Made by a program: the position numbers and the translations under genes
Shown: in pieces, positions 61,574 to 64,000 of the stretch
Position numbering within the stretch: the first letter of the stretch is position 1
Layout: every line of letters starts with the position of its first letter
Notes under the pieces: model-generated
Told to the model about the DNA's origin: nothing
Database searches by the model: none
The model's input: the letters and a program-made list of their open reading frames with translations, nothing else
NCBI GenBank assembly: GCA_016214905.1
Contig: JACRMQ010000007.1
Span: 328,965 to 392,964 of the forward strand
Source: Ignavibacteriales bacterium
GTDB lineage: Bacteria; Bacteroidota; Ignavibacteria; UBA10030; SZUA-254
DNA length: 64,000 nt
Direction: 5' to 3'

Positions 61574-63022
61574 ATGTCAAAGATAATCAAACAAATAAAT
61601 TCTGAAGTAGTAAAAAAGACTGCAACACGATGTCGAGAAAAAGGGATTGTTGTTCCAACTTTCAAACAGATGAGAAATCCTGAAACGATTCCGGTATCAA
61701 TTAAATCCATTCTTCCGAAAGTCGGTTTGTGGGATGTTAATCCTCTAAACCTTTTCCGCATAACATGGAAGAATGATATCAAAACCGGATTGTTCGGCGG
61801 AGTAAATTATCTCGAAATCCCCAAAGAAATTACAGGAGTCAAAGCGAGGATTATTGGGCTCGTAGGAAAATATTTTCCTACCGGCGCACATAAAGTAGGT
61901 GCTGCGTTTGGCTGCCTTGTACCGCGGCTCGTCAGCGGAGAATTCAATCCTGAAAAACATAAAGCTGTATGGCCCTCGACGGGTAATTATTGCAGAGGCG
62001 GAGCGTTTAATTCCGTATTGTTAGGTTGCACACCGATTGCAATACTTCCTGAGGAAATGTCGAAAGAACGCTTTGCCTGGCTAAAAGAAATCGGCGCTGA
62101 TGTAATCGCTACTCCCGGCTGCGAATCAAACGTGAAGGAAATTTACGACAAATGCTGGGAACTGAAAAAGGATCCGAACAATATAATCTTTAACCAGTTC
62201 GAAGAATTCGGCAATCCGATCTGGCATTATAATGTTACCGGTCCTGCGATTGAGGAAGTGTTTCAATCACTTAAAATGAAAAACGGAAGAGCATCTGCTT
62301 TTATTTCTGCAACCGGTTCAGCTGGCACGATTGCTGCGGGGGATTATCTCAAGAAACAATATCCACATCTGAAAGTTGTTGCAACTGAAGCGCTTCAGTG
62401 TCCGACACTTCTCATGAACGGCTTCGGCGGTCACCGCATTGAAGGAATCGGAGATAAACATGTGCCGTGGGTACACAACGTCCGAAACACCGATGCAGTT
62501 GCCGCAATCGATGATGAAGATTGTATGAGAGTTTTGAGATTATTCAATGAGGAAGTAGGTAAAAACTTTTTGAGCAAGGAGCTTAGAGCTGAGAGCAAGG
62601 AACTGTCGCTTCTTGGTATTTCGAGTATTGCTAATATGCTTGCAGCGATAAAGACTGCGAAGTATTTCGAACTGAATGAGGACGATGTTATCTTCACAAT
62701 GTTTACAGATTCAGCGGACATGTATGGCTCACGAATAAAAGAATTAGAGCAAGAGCGCGGAAAATATTCTTTGATTGAAGCCGCAAAAGATCATGCCGCT
62801 CCGATTGCGCATCAAAGTATCGATTATTTTAAAGAACTAACGTACTATGATCGAAAAGCAATACACAACCTCAAATATTATACCTGGGTCGAACAGCAAG
62901 GAAAAACGTACGAAGAAATTTTAGCGCAATGGAATCCTGAATATTGGACAAGTTTATTTGAAGAAGAAGTTGTATATTTCGATAAGTTGATTGAAGAATT
63001 TAATAATCAGGTAGGTAAGTAA
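61574..63022 (+). CDS. Fold-type II PLP-dependent enzyme (TrpB-like / cysteine-synthase superfamily), 482 aa
   Basis: The candidate PLP-lysine is in PTGAHKVGAAFG. The glycine-rich loops read STGNYCRGGAF and GSAGTIAAGD. A C-terminal extension of about 100 aa follows. Confidence 0.55.
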   Translation: MSKIIKQINSEVVKKTATRCREKGIVVPTFKQMRNPETIPVSIKSILPKVGLWDVNPLNLFRITWKNDIKTGLFGGVNYLEIPKEITGVKARIIGLVGKYFPTGAHKVGAAFGCLVPRLVSGEFNPEKHKAVWPSTGNYCRGGAFNSVLLGCTPIAILPEEMSKERFAWLKEIGADVIATPGCESNVKEIYDKCWELKKDPNNIIFNQFEEFGNPIWHYNVTGPAIEEVFQSLKMKNGRASAFISATGSAGTIAAGDYLKKQYPHLKVVATEALQCPTLLMNGFGGHRIEGIGDKHVPWVHNVRNTDAVAAIDDEDCMRVLRLFNEEVGKNFLSKELRAESKELSLLGISSIANMLAAIKTAKYFELNEDDVIFTMFTDSADMYGSRIKELEQERGKYSLIEAAKDHAAPIAHQSIDYFKELTYYDRKAIHNLKYYTWVEQQGKTYEEILAQWNPEYWTSLFEEEVVYFDKLIEEFNNQVGK

Positions 63023-63114
63023 CCCTCACCCTATAATCCCTCTCCCAATTTGGGAGAGGGATGTTCCGATGATATCCTGAGCGAAGTCGAAGGATTATCG
63101 GAACGGGAGAGGGT
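63022..63114 (+). repeat. GC-rich nested palindromic intergenic repeat, copy 2 (carries a 25-nt inner hairpin insertion)
   Basis: aaccctcaccc-tataat-ccctctcccaatttgggagaggga-t-gttccgat-[gatatcctgagcgaagtcgaaggat]-tatcggaac-gggagagggtaa. It starts at the stop codon of the PLP gene. Confidence 0.7.
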
Positions 63115-63127
63115 AACAAAGGATTGA

Positions 63128-64000
63128 ATGAATATTTCAGAGAAAATAAGAAATGCAGGTATTGTCGGTGCGGGTGGCGGCGGCTTCCCCACACATGTAA
63201 AAGCCGGTGCGAAAGTTGAATATGTTATAGCCAATGGAGCCGAGTGTGAGCCGTTGATCCATAAAGATTATGAAATCATGGTTCGATGCCCGGAAAAAGT
63301 TGTGCACGGCGTAATCCTTCTAATGGAATCTACGGGTGCAAAAAAAGGTATAATCGGAATAAAAGAAAAAAACAAAGACGCTGTTGATGCAATCTCAGGT
63401 GCGATTCACGATCCACGCATCAAGATTCATTTACTTGGAGATTTTTATCCGTCCGGCGATGAATTCATTCTTGTTTACGAATCGACAAAAAGATTAATAC
63501 CTCCTCAGGGAATTCCGCTCGATGTTGGAATTGTAGTCAGCAATGTCGAGACGCTCTATAATATTTCTCTTGCTGCTGACGATCAACCTGTAATTGAAAA
63601 ATTTGTAACGGTTGCAGGTGCTGTGCATCATCCGTTATCTTTTGTTGCACCGGTGGGTATGAGTTTTAAGGATGCGATTGCTTTTGCGGGCGGTGTGAGT
63701 GTAAAAGATTTCGGCGTGTTTGTCGGTGGAATCATGATGGGAAAATTGGAGTTCGATCTTGATCAGCCGATTACAAAAACAACTGCCGGATTTATTGTTA
63801 TTCCAAAAGAACATATTTTAATCCAGCGAAAGAGCCGAACTGAACAATCGATGCGGCGAATCGGCAAATCTGCTTGCGATCAGTGCAGTTATTGCACAGA
63901 ATTATGTCCGCGATACATACTTGGCTATGATGTTCAGCCTCATAAAGTAATGCGGAGTCTTGGTTTCACAATGACAGGTGAGCATATTTGGAATCAATAC
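63128..64000 (+). CDS. RnfC/PduS-like Fe-S electron-transfer protein; the 3' end is truncated by the window edge
   Basis: MNISEKIRNAGIVGAGGGGFPTHVKAG is the RnfC-type N-terminus. A 4Fe-4S motif CDQCSYCTELCP is present. The RBS aaagga sits 7 nt upstream and there is no stop before 64000. It is absent from the ORF track because it is open-ended. Confidence 0.6.
   Translation, partial: MNISEKIRNAGIVGAGGGGFPTHVKAGAKVEYVIANGAECEPLIHKDYEIMVRCPEKVVHGVILLMESTGAKKGIIGIKEKNKDAVDAISGAIHDPRIKIHLLGDFYPSGDEFILVYESTKRLIPPQGIPLDVGIVVSNVETLYNISLAADDQPVIEKFVTVAGAVHHPLSFVAPVGMSFKDAIAFAGGVSVKDFGVFVGGIMMGKLEFDLDQPITKTTAGFIVIPKEHILIQRKSRTEQSMRRIGKSACDQCSYCTELCPRYILGYDVQPHKVMRSLGFTMTGEHIWNQY

Noticed and set aside
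63000-63234. Two minus-strand ORFs giving ...PSPKLGEG...
   Set aside because: They are artefacts of reading the palindromic repeat (copy 2) on the opposite strand and overlap the start of the RnfC-like gene.

Overview
This 64 kb window is low-GC bacterial chromosome and is almost entirely coding. A peptidase carrying a type IX secretion (T9SS) C-terminal sorting domain and a PorV/PorQ-like outer-membrane protein point to the FCB group (Bacteroidota, Ignavibacteria-like). Several intergenic regions carry sigma70-like -35/-10 hexamers.

The first ~43 kb is a housekeeping backbone:
- a partial ClpC-like ATPase, tRNA-Asn, an RRM protein, and ribosomal proteins L27/L21;
- Lon and dnaX;
- a conserved minus-strand block: yicC-gmk-rpoZ-coaBC-udg-dnaB, then dxr-rseP;
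- an NFACT (RqcH-like) protein, adenosine deaminase, rsmB, isoaspartyl peptidase and trxA;
- interleaved envelope proteins (outer-membrane beta-barrels, lipoproteins, a DUF5686 protein, an M14 peptidase);
- signalling genes: a REC-only response regulator, a hybrid REC-histidine kinase, and a four-gene minus-strand operon that ends in a CHASE2-sensor class III adenylate cyclase next to a FecR-like protein.

The last ~21 kb (43.3-64 kb) is the most interesting part. It is a mosaic locus of purine-type molybdenum hydroxylases:
- a two-subunit XdhA/XdhB pair with a TonB_C-like gene wedged between them;
- a second, three-subunit Mo/FAD/2Fe-2S set;
- an SsnA-like amidohydrolase;
- a PreT/PreA-like (dihydropyrimidine-dehydrogenase-type) reductase pair;
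- two fold-type II PLP enzymes;
- a truncated RnfC-like Fe-S protein.
Secreted enzymes (GH3 with a PA14 insert, M28 with a T9SS sorting domain) and a divergently transcribed metA are interspersed among these.

Two short intergenic repeat families sit inside this locus:
- a GC-rich nested palindrome present twice, one copy forming the C-terminal tail of the FAD subunit and supplying the ribosome-binding site of the next gene;
- a conserved ~75 nt leader motif immediately upstream of both PLP genes, which is a candidate cis-regulatory element.

No CRISPR arrays, rRNA genes, transposases or integrases were seen.
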